Positions 27,756 to 36,555 of a stretch of 64,000 nt of DNA are shown here, piece after piece. The notes beneath the pieces were generated by a model that worked only from the letters and a program-made list of their open reading frames with translations, was not told where the DNA came from and searched no databases. Source of the DNA: Butyrivibrio sp. (lineage in GTDB: Bacteria > Bacillota > Clostridia > Lachnospirales > Lachnospiraceae); NCBI GenBank assembly GCA_015056575.1, contig SVGA01000015.1:1370-65369 (forward strand), given 5' to 3'. A program made the position numbers and the translations under genes. The number at the start of each line of letters is the position of its first letter. The first letter of the stretch is position 1.

Positions 27756-28861
27756 CCTTTTCCTCTTCTCTTAACGCTTGGAATTCCGGTTAAGTAATTC
27801 CCCGAGAGCTTGATGTTTGTTGAGACCATTTCCTTGTGGGACAGGGCCCCGTAAAAGAACTTTCCAAGGAAAGTCTTTGCCTTCCCGCCCTTTTGTGCAG
27901 TCCTGTATTCCTGCTGATACTTCTCTATATCAAAATCTTCAATGGTCTGCCCCGACAGTTCCTCTCCAAAAGCTTTCCAGTCCGCACAGGCATTAAGCTG
28001 CCTCTTTTCCAATATCTCTTTTATCCTGGATTCATAAGGATCAACGCTTTCGGTATCGTACCGCTCCGTTTCGAAGCTCTCCTCATCGCTTCTTATGAAC
28101 TTCATGGCATAGACCATCTGCCTGAAGGCCTTCATGTAGTCCGAGGGATTGTCCTTGACCACCTGCCTGTAATCCGCCCAGGCGGGGAGATATCTGTATC
28201 TCGCAAAGCTGTAATCCGGGAAATGTCCTGCTCTTCCGTGGCCCAGATTCATTATTGAATTCTCACCGGTCTGGAAAAGACTCCCCGTATAAAGCCCATT
28301 TTCAATGTCATCGGGCTCGGAGGTCTTGTGCCTGAAACGGATCTTCCTCTTGATAAAGCCGTCTCCGTCAGGGACCAGCTCATAAAAATCATAGTTGGTA
28401 TTGTTAATGACAAGAGAGGGGGTTCCCGCGAAATAAGTATGTGCCCAGGTGTCCGCCAGAACGTGCATGGCAATACCCACCGACTGAAGACTTCTTCCCT
28501 TTGCAAGCTCCACCGTCTTTTTCAAAAGCTCGCCGTTGGGCCCGCAGATGAGCCGAAATTTAGCAAGATATCTTTTCCCGGCCCCCTTCTTATTGGCATA
28601 CAGATCTCTTGGCAGAAAATGAAAGGCCGCCCATATCTTGGTGATCTCCTGAAGTCCAAGGATGTCGGTCCTGTGGTCCATAAGTTCTAACTGAAACTGT
28701 GTCGTAGCAGCGCTCTTTGGCCCCTTAAGCTTTGATAGGAGTGTCACGGAGCACAGGTCCACGAACTGAGCACTGTAGCAGATCTCCATGGCCTCCTCAT
28801 GGGAGTAGCCGGCAAGATATGCGGCTGCATAAGTTGCGTAGTAGTGAAAGTCTTCCTGCAT
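27752..28861 (-). CDS. zinc-dependent phospholipase C-like / metal-His protein (hypothetical)
   Basis: The N terminus FHYYATYAAAYLAG and the motif HVLADTWAH resemble the His/Asp metal ligands of the PLC / S1-P1 fold. No signal peptide is present. Confidence 0.6.
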   Translation of the reverse strand: MQEDFHYYATYAAAYLAGYSHEEAMEICYSAQFVDLCSVTLLSKLKGPKSAATTQFQLELMDHRTDILGLQEITKIWAAFHFLPRDLYANKKGAGKRYLAKFRLICGPNGELLKKTVELAKGRSLQSVGIAMHVLADTWAHTYFAGTPSLVINNTNYDFYELVPDGDGFIKRKIRFRHKTSEPDDIENGLYTGSLFQTGENSIMNLGHGRAGHFPDYSFARYRYLPAWADYRQVVKDNPSDYMKAFRQMVYAMKFIRSDEESFETERYDTESVDPYESRIKEILEKRQLNACADWKAFGEELSGQTIEDFDIEKYQQEYRTAQKGGKAKTFLGKFFYGALSHKEMVSTNIKLSGNYLTGIPSVKRRGKG

Positions 28862-28864
28862 GCA

Positions 28865-29377
28865 CTATTCCTCCATTGCCGACTTTTTAAGGCCATAGTA
28901 AAGAAATGATGTGATTACGAGATTTATCAGGGTTGCACAGTTTGCCAGATCCACCAGAAACGACGCAATGGTCACATCAATCTGACTATACGCTGGATCT
29001 GCGGAGAAATACTGCTCCATTCCGACAATATTCACGGCAAGAAGGATAATGGCAAAAGCAATGTAAAGATAGTGCCTCTTTTTCCCGGTCCCGACACGGA
29101 TGGCGCAGCTTCCGACGTAGTAGTGAAAGATTATCACAAACAGGATAACTCCCGCAAATACAGCGAACATGAGAAAACGCATCCTTGGCGTATTCTCCAG
29201 GCCGCTCATAAGAAACTCTGTAATATTTACCTGCCCGAAAGCGATCTCAGTAAACACCTTGATAACCGACCACAGACCGAAGAAAATAATTCCCATGCCG
29301 CTGACTACAAGACTGTTGCTGACCTTGCGATAATGTATATCAAGTTTATCGTTATATTCAAAAGACTTTGCATCCAT
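28865..29377 (-). CDS. four-TM membrane protein, unknown function
   Basis: 170 aa with four long hydrophobic helices. Its stop is 3 nt from the next start. Confidence 0.65.
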   Translation of the reverse strand: MDAKSFEYNDKLDIHYRKVSNSLVVSGMGIIFFGLWSVIKVFTEIAFGQVNITEFLMSGLENTPRMRFLMFAVFAGVILFVIIFHYYVGSCAIRVGTGKKRHYLYIAFAIILLAVNIVGMEQYFSADPAYSQIDVTIASFLVDLANCATLINLVITSFLYYGLKKSAMEE

Positions 29378-29415
29378 ATTTTATTCCTGCCTTAAGAATA
29401 ATTGTAGCACATAGC

Positions 29416-29460
29416 AAAAACCGTGTATCGGAGAAGTTAATGTGCTTTTCCGATACACGG
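29416..29460 (-). terminator. Intrinsic terminator after the 99-aa gene
   Basis: 11-bp perfect stem CCGTGTATCGG / CCGATACACGG, followed on the minus strand by TTTTTG. Confidence 0.8.
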
Positions 29461-29503
29461 ATTATTCCTTACGATCCCACCTTAGGGGAAAAGAGCTATC
29501 ACC

Positions 29504-29803
29504 TTATACCGCTATTATTGTAAGCTGCTGGGGCTCCACATTTCTGATCTCGCCCTTTCTTCCGCGGCACACGATGCCCTTATCTATCGTGATCATGCTG
29601 GCATGGCTCTTCATGGCCTCTGTGATCTGCTTGACCGCGTCCTCGTAGTCATTGGGAGTCATGGGGATCACATACTCATGATTCAGATGCTCGGTGGAAA
29701 TCACTGCGGATCTGAATCTGGGCACGTATCTGATGCCGTAGAATGTGCATATTTCAGTGTTTAGCATTCCACTGTTATCTGAGCACTGCATTGAAATATA
29801 CAT
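29504..29803 (-). CDS. hypothetical protein (99 aa)
   Basis: A GAGAGGT SD lies 7 nt upstream of ATG 29803, and the gene has its own terminator. I recognise no motif. Confidence 0.55.
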   Translation of the reverse strand: MYISMQCSDNSGMLNTEICTFYGIRYVPRFRSAVISTEHLNHEYVIPMTPNDYEDAVKQITEAMKSHASMITIDKGIVCRGRKGEIRNVEPQQLTIIAV

Positions 29804-29836
29804 TTGCTTACCTCTCTTTCTGAATACTGTTCAGTG

Positions 29837-30092
29837 TGTGAGCGATATCGGATTGCTCCGTACTTCGTACTCTCGCAATCCTGCGTACATTCGGAAATCG
29901 ATCCGCTCATTCTTCGCGTATCTTTTTTCCTCATGTACGTTCAGTCTTCAAAGTCATGCACTTATGTGAGCGATATCGGATTGCTCCGTACTTCGTACTC
30001 TCGCAATCCTGCGTACATTCGGAAATCGATCCGCTCATTCTTCGCGTATCTTTTTTCCTCATGTACGTTCAGTCTTCAAAGTCATGCACTGC
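29837..30092. repeat. Tandem duplication, 2 x 128 bp (126 bp identical)
   Basis: The copies at 29837..29964 and 29965..30092 are identical except for the last 2 nt. The unit contains the hairpin GGATTGC-N18-GCAATCC. Confidence 0.95.
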
Positions 30093-30128
30093 CCCGTGCA
30101 AGCACGGCAGTGTATGACCTTGAAGACT
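30071..30128 (-). terminator. Long hairpin 8 nt after the MCP stop (probable terminator, no clear U-tract)
   Basis: AGTCTTCAAAGTCATGCACTGCCCCGTGC / GCACGGCAGTGTATGACCTTGAAGACT. The left arm belongs to copy 2 of the tandem duplication. Confidence 0.45.
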
Positions 30129-30136
30129 TTTATCGC

Positions 30137-32179
30137 TCAAATCTTGAAATCTCTTACGAAGTCTTCAATAGTGGCTGCGGAGCCGGATACTGTTGTGGCG
30201 CTTTCGTCCACACCACGGCTCTCATCGGCAACCTGCTGTGCACTGATGGCCAGGTTATCCGTAGTAGCGGTAACTTCCTCGGTACTTGCGGACTGCTCCT
30301 GGGAAATAGCTGCCACAGATGTTGCGATGGTATCTACGTTTCCGATCTTGTCGATCATCTGATTTACTGTATCGCTGGTCTCATCAAGACTTGAGAAGAT
30401 CTCTTCGAAGGTCTTTCCGGCTGTCTCTACAGCCTCTGAGCTTGCATTGATCTCTTCCATGTTGGCCTCGGACTTCTCCGACAGGGACTTGATCTGGGCT
30501 GTGATCTCAGTGATGATCTTACCGATCTCGGTGGTGGACTCTGCCGAGTTTGCAGCCAGCTGTCCGATCTCCTGAGCAACAACCGCGAAGCCCTTACCTG
30601 CCTCTCCTGCTCTTGCAGCCTCGATGGAAGCATTAAGTGAGAGCAGATTGGTCTGGGATGCGATGGAATTGATGATCTCTATGATGGAGTTGATCTTCTG
30701 TGCTGACTCTCCCACTGCCTGGACGTCCATATTCATGTCGCTCATGGAAGCGGATATCTTGCTCATGCCCTGCTGAACGATCTCCATATCTCTCTGACCA
30801 TCTTTGGCCTTGCCTACCAGGTTGTTAACGGTATTGCTGGCTTCCTGTCCATGTTCCATAAGGTCTGACACCTCTGTGGCAAGCTCAGTAGCATTGTTGG
30901 CAAGTTCGGATACGGCACTGGCCATTCCGTTCATGGCATCTCTGATCTGCCCCATGTTGGTGGACTGCTCTGTTGCCTGAATATTCAGTTTGCCCGAAGC
31001 ATCCTTACTGTTTTCAGCCTCAGTTGCCAGCCTGCCTGTCTCATTCTTGATGTTACCGAGAGTCCCTCTCATGTGCTCGACGAAGACACTCATATTATTG
31101 TTCATAAGGCCGATCTCATCGTTGCCGCCCTTAGGAATATCCACCGTAAAGTCTCCATCGGTGATCTTTGTGATATTCTGTGTAAGCTTCGAAACAGGAT
31201 CCGATACGATCCTCTTCACCAACAGATACAGAACTGCGGAAATAATAATGATCATAACGATCATAAGCCCGATACAGATGACCTGGAATGATGAAAGCCC
31301 CGCCAAAACGTCCTTCTTGGATACTGAACAGATAAGTGTCCAATCAGTCCCGGGAATAGCTCTTGCAGATACGTAGTACACCAGCCCGTTTTCTGACTTG
31401 ATCTCAGTCACATCAGTCGAACCCGTCTTTGCAAATGCGTAAGCAGAATTAAGGAACTGTGCTTCGGGGTGATCCCCAACCTTAGTTCCGTTAAATTCAG
31501 GCTTGAAATATGAAAGGATAATGTCATTGGCAAGAAGCATTGCTCCGCCGGTCTTAACAGGCTTGATCTCGCCGATCTCAGCCACAATACCATCCAGAGT
31601 ATAATCGGCTGAAGCCACACCGCTTCTTGCGTCCGCAAGTTTAACGGTTCTGGTAAAAGAAACAACCATGCTGCCTGTATCGCTGTCTATATAAGGTTCT
31701 CCCGGAAGGAAGGTATCGTGCTCAAGCCCCTCCAGATACCAGGATCTCTCGGTTGCTACATAATCAGGATCCGGAACCCATCCCGATGGGTCGATCCAGT
31801 CACCGTTTGAAGTAGCCAGATACATACCGTTGGGAAGATACTCATTCTTGCTAAGGGTAGGTGCCAGAAAGCTTGCCATGGCATTGTCATTGGGAAAAGA
31901 AACAGCTCCAAGGGCATCAGCTGCGGCATCAAAATACTCTATAAGATTGGTTATCTCTCGCCCAATCTTCTGCGAGTAGTAATCGGATTCCTTGTCCAGG
32001 TTGTTGATGGCAAGTTCTGTGATAATGTTCTTGGCCTGAGTAGCCACTATAGCCATGATAATGATGATGGACGCAGCTATCATTGGTATAACTACTTTGA
32101 GCAGTTTCCCGCTAACACTCTTTGCCCCCTTAACCTTGCTATTCTTTTTTTCTTTTACTTCTTCAGCCATAAACTTCAT
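30137..32179 (-). CDS. methyl-accepting chemotaxis protein with extracellular Cache-like sensor and HAMP
   Basis: [30 protein letters not shown], with a ~270-aa periplasmic region between two TM helices. Confidence 0.92.
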   Translation of the reverse strand: MKFMAEEVKEKKNSKVKGAKSVSGKLLKVVIPMIAASIIIIMAIVATQAKNIITELAINNLDKESDYYSQKIGREITNLIEYFDAAADALGAVSFPNDNAMASFLAPTLSKNEYLPNGMYLATSNGDWIDPSGWVPDPDYVATERSWYLEGLEHDTFLPGEPYIDSDTGSMVVSFTRTVKLADARSGVASADYTLDGIVAEIGEIKPVKTGGAMLLANDIILSYFKPEFNGTKVGDHPEAQFLNSAYAFAKTGSTDVTEIKSENGLVYYVSARAIPGTDWTLICSVSKKDVLAGLSSFQVICIGLMIVMIIIISAVLYLLVKRIVSDPVSKLTQNITKITDGDFTVDIPKGGNDEIGLMNNNMSVFVEHMRGTLGNIKNETGRLATEAENSKDASGKLNIQATEQSTNMGQIRDAMNGMASAVSELANNATELATEVSDLMEHGQEASNTVNNLVGKAKDGQRDMEIVQQGMSKISASMSDMNMDVQAVGESAQKINSIIEIINSIASQTNLLSLNASIEAARAGEAGKGFAVVAQEIGQLAANSAESTTEIGKIITEITAQIKSLSEKSEANMEEINASSEAVETAGKTFEEIFSSLDETSDTVNQMIDKIGNVDTIATSVAAISQEQSASTEEVTATTDNLAISAQQVADESRGVDESATTVSGSAATIEDFVRDFKI

Positions 32180-32365
32180 CTCCGTTCCGTAATGATTATG
32201 TTGCTATTAATTCGAAAAAACAAACAATTATGTGCATAAAAACCCACATTTTCATTATATCCCGTTTCGATCAGTTTTGTGGTCGTTTATAGTATTTTTA
32301 TAATCATTTAATCGTCAATCAATTTTTGGGCAAAGGCATCAGAAAACTGCGCCGCCGGGGACACT

Positions 32366-32391
32366 AAAAAAGCCTCCCCAAAAGGGAAGGC
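32366..32391 (-). terminator. Intrinsic terminator after the 70-aa gene
   Basis: The minus strand reads GCCTTCCC-TTTT-GGGGAGGC followed by TTTTTT. Confidence 0.75.
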
Positions 32392-32414
32392 CAAACCTCA
32401 AAACCTGTATATAA

Positions 32415-32627
32415 TTATTTGCCCATGGAAGCAATGAGGGCATCGATCTCAGCCTGACTTAGCATCTTGCTGCTGCCCGGATCGGGAGCTGCTGCAGGTG
32501 CAGACGCCGCTGCAGGCGTAGGTACCTGAGCCGCTGTGAATCCACCGCCGCCGCCTGCCTGTGACGATTTACCCATTATACTTGCCAAAAGTGCCTGCTG
32601 TTCGGGGCTTAATCCGTTAGCATCCAT
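32415..32627 (-). CDS. small protein with duplicated FliM-type (EIDAL) CheY-binding-like motif
   Basis: MDANGLSPEQQALLASIMGK, then a G/A/P-rich linker, then MLSQAEIDALIASMGK. An AAAGGA SD lies upstream and a terminator downstream. Confidence 0.6.
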   Translation of the reverse strand: MDANGLSPEQQALLASIMGKSSQAGGGGGFTAAQVPTPAAASAPAAAPDPGSSKMLSQAEIDALIASMGK

Positions 32628-32720
32628 CTAATTCAGATCCTTTCGCATATTACTGACAATAGATTAACAAAGCTATAAGCTTACGTCAACTAACATTTTT
32701 ATAAAGATAATGTAAAACAC

Positions 32721-34676
32721 TTAATATTTTTCCCGTATGGTACCGTTCTCAAAAGCCTTAAGGAGATCCTTCAGGTCGTCAATCTGCTGCTGAAGATTTT
32801 TGCCTATATCCGTATCCCGAACCAGTATCCTCTTTCTGGACTTTTCCGTAAGCTGAATGGTGGGAGTATTCTCACCGCCCTTGACAAAGGGCTTGTGCTG
32901 AGCCAATGCCAGATGATTGGAGTTGTAGATCAGAGTATAGCCTGCTATTCCGGTCTTCTCGTGATAGGCTTTTGAAATACCTCCGTCTATGATATAGAGC
33001 TTGCCGTTTGCCTTAACGGGACTCTCTCCCTTCATGGTCTCCACCGGCACATGGCCGTTGATGATATGGGCCCAGTCAGGATCAAGTCCGAATTCACGAA
33101 GGATCTTATCTGCATAGGCCTCCATTGATGAGAACCTGTAGTAGGGATTAAAATTTTCTTTACACAGCTCTTTTTCATGCTTAAGGAACAGATGCTCAAA
33201 GGTAGTTATCCTGTCCTTTCCAAAAAGAGGCGACTTGGGACCGCACCATAAATACCACATAAGATCCACCGCATCCTGCTTCTTTTCGGGGTCGTCTCTT
33301 GGATCAAGAAAGTAAGCATCGTGGATCTTGATGTTAAGGTAGTCCATCAGCTCTTTTCCCGAAAAGCTTCCGTCCGAGGTGGTCATAGCCGCGAAGTTTC
33401 CCTGTTCATCCATGGGTATGCAGCCGTGATAAAGAAGGTTGTTGTTGATGCTGCGGTACATGGCACCATGGGAATACAGGAACTGAACATGGCGGCCAAG
33501 AACCCTTGAATGAATGAAGCTAAGCTGCAAAGTCCGCATCAGCTCTTCCTCTGCATCTGTAAGCCTGTAGGGATCCGACGGATCTATGGTGGGAAAATTG
33601 GTGTCATTTAGTTTGTAGCGATTTCCCGCAATTGTTACCTCGCCGGTTTCATAGTCGATCTTATCAAGAAGAAGCCTGTTTCCCAGATCGTACTCGGGAT
33701 GCTTTTTGATGAGCTGTCCCTCAAGCTTTAACTGGATGATGCTGATTGCCTTACACATCTTGGCTGCAAGCTTCGGGTTAACGGAGTCGTACTTGTTCTC
33801 ATCGAGAAGATGAGGCCTGAAACACTCGCAGGGGTCATCCCTGTAAACCTCGGCAGCAAACATGGACAGCGGTCTTAAGTTGATGCCGTAGCCATCCTCG
33901 AGAGCGTCAAAGCTGTTGTAGCTGGTTCCGATCCTCAGCACGTTTGCAATGCAGGCTGTGTTGCCGCAAGCCGCTCCCATCCAGTCGATATCGTGGTTTC
34001 CCCACTGGATATCAACGTCATGGAAGTTCATCAGCTCCTCCATAACAAGGTCCGGTCTGGCTCCTCTGTCAAAAATATCGCCTATTATATGCAGGGAATC
34101 TATGGTGAGGTTCTGGATAAGCTCGCAGAGGGCGATGATAAACTCATCCGCAAAATCTATCTCGATGATCCCGTTCACTATCTCGCTGTAGTAGAGCTTT
34201 TTGTTGGGATCGTTCATATCAAGATGCAGAAGTTCGTCGATGGCATAGGCGTAGTCCGCAGGCATCTTCTTCCTGACCTTGGACCTGGTGTACTTGGAAC
34301 TCACCACCCTGCAGATGGAAATAAGCCTGTTTATGGCAATCCTCTGGTGCTCCTGGAGAGTTTTCTGTGGAACAGACGCATCGTGTCTGTAAGTGCTTAT
34401 AACCTCCCGGGGATAATAGATAAGATTTGCCAGCTCCAGTTGATCGTCTTCAGACATAAGATTACCGAAGGTCTCCTCGATCTTGGCTCTGATGATACCT
34501 GAAGAGCTGCGAAGAAGATGAGAAAAAGCCTCGTACTCTCCGTGTATGTCGGAAAAGAAATACTCGGTTCCCTTGGGAAGGGCGCAGATAGCCCGAAGAT
34601 TTATGATCTCTGCGGCTGCCTTTCGGGAATTGGGAAACTCCTTGCTAAGAAGTCTAAGGTATTCGATATCTTTCAT
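32721..34676 (-). CDS. fbp: fructose-1,6-bisphosphatase, class 3
   Basis: 651 aa, with LPKGTEYFFSDIHGEYEAF and a metallophosphoesterase core typical of Firmicute Fbp. Confidence 0.93.
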   Translation of the reverse strand: MKDIEYLRLLSKEFPNSRKAAAEIINLRAICALPKGTEYFFSDIHGEYEAFSHLLRSSSGIIRAKIEETFGNLMSEDDQLELANLIYYPREVISTYRHDASVPQKTLQEHQRIAINRLISICRVVSSKYTRSKVRKKMPADYAYAIDELLHLDMNDPNKKLYYSEIVNGIIEIDFADEFIIALCELIQNLTIDSLHIIGDIFDRGARPDLVMEELMNFHDVDIQWGNHDIDWMGAACGNTACIANVLRIGTSYNSFDALEDGYGINLRPLSMFAAEVYRDDPCECFRPHLLDENKYDSVNPKLAAKMCKAISIIQLKLEGQLIKKHPEYDLGNRLLLDKIDYETGEVTIAGNRYKLNDTNFPTIDPSDPYRLTDAEEELMRTLQLSFIHSRVLGRHVQFLYSHGAMYRSINNNLLYHGCIPMDEQGNFAAMTTSDGSFSGKELMDYLNIKIHDAYFLDPRDDPEKKQDAVDLMWYLWCGPKSPLFGKDRITTFEHLFLKHEKELCKENFNPYYRFSSMEAYADKILREFGLDPDWAHIINGHVPVETMKGESPVKANGKLYIIDGGISKAYHEKTGIAGYTLIYNSNHLALAQHKPFVKGGENTPTIQLTEKSRKRILVRDTDIGKNLQQQIDDLKDLLKAFENGTIREKY

Positions 34677-34739
34677 GCTTCCCCCATATTATCAGTTGTC
34701 CCGGCAGTTGCCCGTAATGTGCTGCTGCCGGTCTTACTC

Positions 34740-35378
34740 TCAAGTAACTTCACGTCCGTGCCTGCATACATCCTTCAGGCAACAGATACCGCAATTTGGG
34801 CGCCTGGCAACGCAGACAGCCCTTCCGTGTACCACAAAGCGGTGGCATAGATCGTTCCCCTCCTCTGGAGGTATGATCTTCCACAGCTCTTTTTCCACCT
34901 TGGCAGGTTCCTTGATATTGTCCACAAGTCCTATAAGATTACAAAGCCTTATACAGTGGGTATCAGTGACAATAGCAGGTTTTCCGAACACGTCTCCAAG
35001 GACAAGGTTAGCGCTCTTTCTGCCGACTCCCGGAAGCTTAAGAAGCTCCTCCATGGTATCGGGAACCCGATCCATATACTCATAATGGAGCATCTTCATA
35101 CAGGCGGAAATATCCCGCGCCTTGGAGTTGCCAAGGCCGCAGGGACGCACAATTTTCTCGATGTCAGCAACATCTGCCGCAGCCAGCGCCTCAATGGTGG
35201 GGAATCTCTCATAGAGAAACGGAGTTATCTGATCCACCCTGGCATCGGTGCACTGAGCCGCAAGCCGCACACTCACAAGGAGCTGCCAGGCCTTGTCGTA
35301 GTCCAGAGTGCACTTGGCATCCGGATATTCTTCTTTCAGCCTCTCGATCACCTCGAGAGCAAGTTTTTTCTTAGTCAT
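34740..35378 (-). CDS. nth: endonuclease III
   Basis: HhH-GPD region LPGVGRKSANLVL and 4Fe-4S cluster CVARRPNCGICCLKDVC. The start was moved to ATG 35378 (MTKKKLALEVIERL). Confidence 0.9.
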   Translation of the reverse strand: MTKKKLALEVIERLKEEYPDAKCTLDYDKAWQLLVSVRLAAQCTDARVDQITPFLYERFPTIEALAAADVADIEKIVRPCGLGNSKARDISACMKMLHYEYMDRVPDTMEELLKLPGVGRKSANLVLGDVFGKPAIVTDTHCIRLCNLIGLVDNIKEPAKVEKELWKIIPPEEGNDLCHRFVVHGRAVCVARRPNCGICCLKDVCRHGREVT

Positions 35379-35600
35379 GTATCCATTGTAAACTAATTCC
35401 CCTCTTTTCAACAGTTTTTTACTGACATAAATCTGCAAAATCGTGACGCCTCCGATCACACCTTCCCACTGTTTTGGCACGTAACTCTTCCTTGCTGCGG
35501 CGGCCTATTTCCCCGCAATTTACTTGCGAATAAGGTGGAGGGCGGGTAAAATAAAAGGTAGGCAAAACGCCTGAATACATTGGGGAATTGGGGGGATATT

Positions 35601-35891
35601 ATGTTGGATTTTCTCGCTGCAAACTTCAGCAGGGTAATCGCTTTTTTGACCATCATCGAATTTGAGCTGGTGCTCACCTACAGGCGCAGATACCTCTTAA
35701 ACAGTACCAAGGTCAACACCGCGGTCATGGCGGTATCATCACTGATCTTCATGGATGCCTTCATCTACACCGTAAGGACCTACAGCCATCCGCAGGCCGT
35801 TTCGGTCCCCGGGATCATAAGGCTCTCGGTTCACCTTGTGGTGATCGTATTTCTTTTCGCATTCTACATTCTTAAGCAAAAAGAAAACTGA
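35601..35891 (+). CDS. small three-TM membrane protein (96 aa)
   Basis: ATG 35601 has a GGGGGG-rich SD. Hydrophobic segments include VIAFLTIIEFELVL, AVMAVSSLIFMDAFI and LSVHLVVIVFLFAFYI. Confidence 0.55.
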   Translation: MLDFLAANFSRVIAFLTIIEFELVLTYRRRYLLNSTKVNTAVMAVSSLIFMDAFIYTVRTYSHPQAVSVPGIIRLSVHLVVIVFLFAFYILKQKEN

Positions 35892-35896
35892 CAGCA

Positions 35897-35959
35897 AAAA
35901 GGGACGTTTCATCCGAAGCTTCCGCATGGCGGTATGCTTAGAATGATACGTCCCCTTTT
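35897..35959. terminator. Long imperfect hairpin between convergent genes
   Basis: AAAAGGGACGT ... ACGTCCCCTTTT, with internal pairing GAAGC/GCTTAG and T/A-rich flanks. Confidence 0.5.
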
Positions 35960-35967
35960 AATTGTTC

Positions 35968-36519
35968 TTATTCTGATTTCTGTGTCGGTGGGAAGATGAT
36001 CTTATTTACAAAGAAGAATACCACCATTGACACACCGCCGTTGAGCACTGTTGTCCCTATGTTGTAAATAAAGTCCGGAACCACAAGACCTGCTACAGCA
36101 ACCCAGATACAGTTGATGGAGTTTACGATGCAGGTGATGATGCAGAATGCAACCACATACCATGCTACCTGCTTACCGGTGTTGCCACGGCTCCTGAACA
36201 CAAACAGCTTCTGTATAGGGAAGTTGATGCACTCGCCGATGATCATGGCAACCATATAAGCTGCAAAGTACGCCAGTCCGCCGTGGGCCTGATCGTATCC
36301 AAGGATGTTCCATTCAAAGGTCTCCCCAAACATGGTAAGGGGTATCCCCGGCCATCCAAAGGACCTGTCACCAAGCCCTGCAAAGGCAGCCGGAAGAAAC
36401 TGCAGCATCAGATATTTAAGTACCGTTATAAGGTTACTCACTATTACAAACAATCCGCCCTCTCTTATCCACTGGGCAGCCTTGGGGTGTTTCCCCGCGA
36501 AATCATTCCAGAATTTCAT
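35968..36519 (-). CDS. GtrA-family membrane protein
   Basis: 183 aa with four TM helices in the GtrA-like arrangement. Confidence 0.65.
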   Translation of the reverse strand: MKFWNDFAGKHPKAAQWIREGGLFVIVSNLITVLKYLMLQFLPAAFAGLGDRSFGWPGIPLTMFGETFEWNILGYDQAHGGLAYFAAYMVAMIIGECINFPIQKLFVFRSRGNTGKQVAWYVVAFCIITCIVNSINCIWVAVAGLVVPDFIYNIGTTVLNGGVSMVVFFFVNKIIFPPTQKSE

Positions 36520-36555
36520 TTCTCATACCTCCGCATCAAAAGATCCCGAAAAATG

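Noticed and set aside
29804-30394. 196-aa plus-strand ORF with an internal amino-acid repeat
   Set aside because: The repeat is simply the translation of the 126-bp DNA tandem duplication. The 3' part runs antisense into the MCP gene, and there is no SD.
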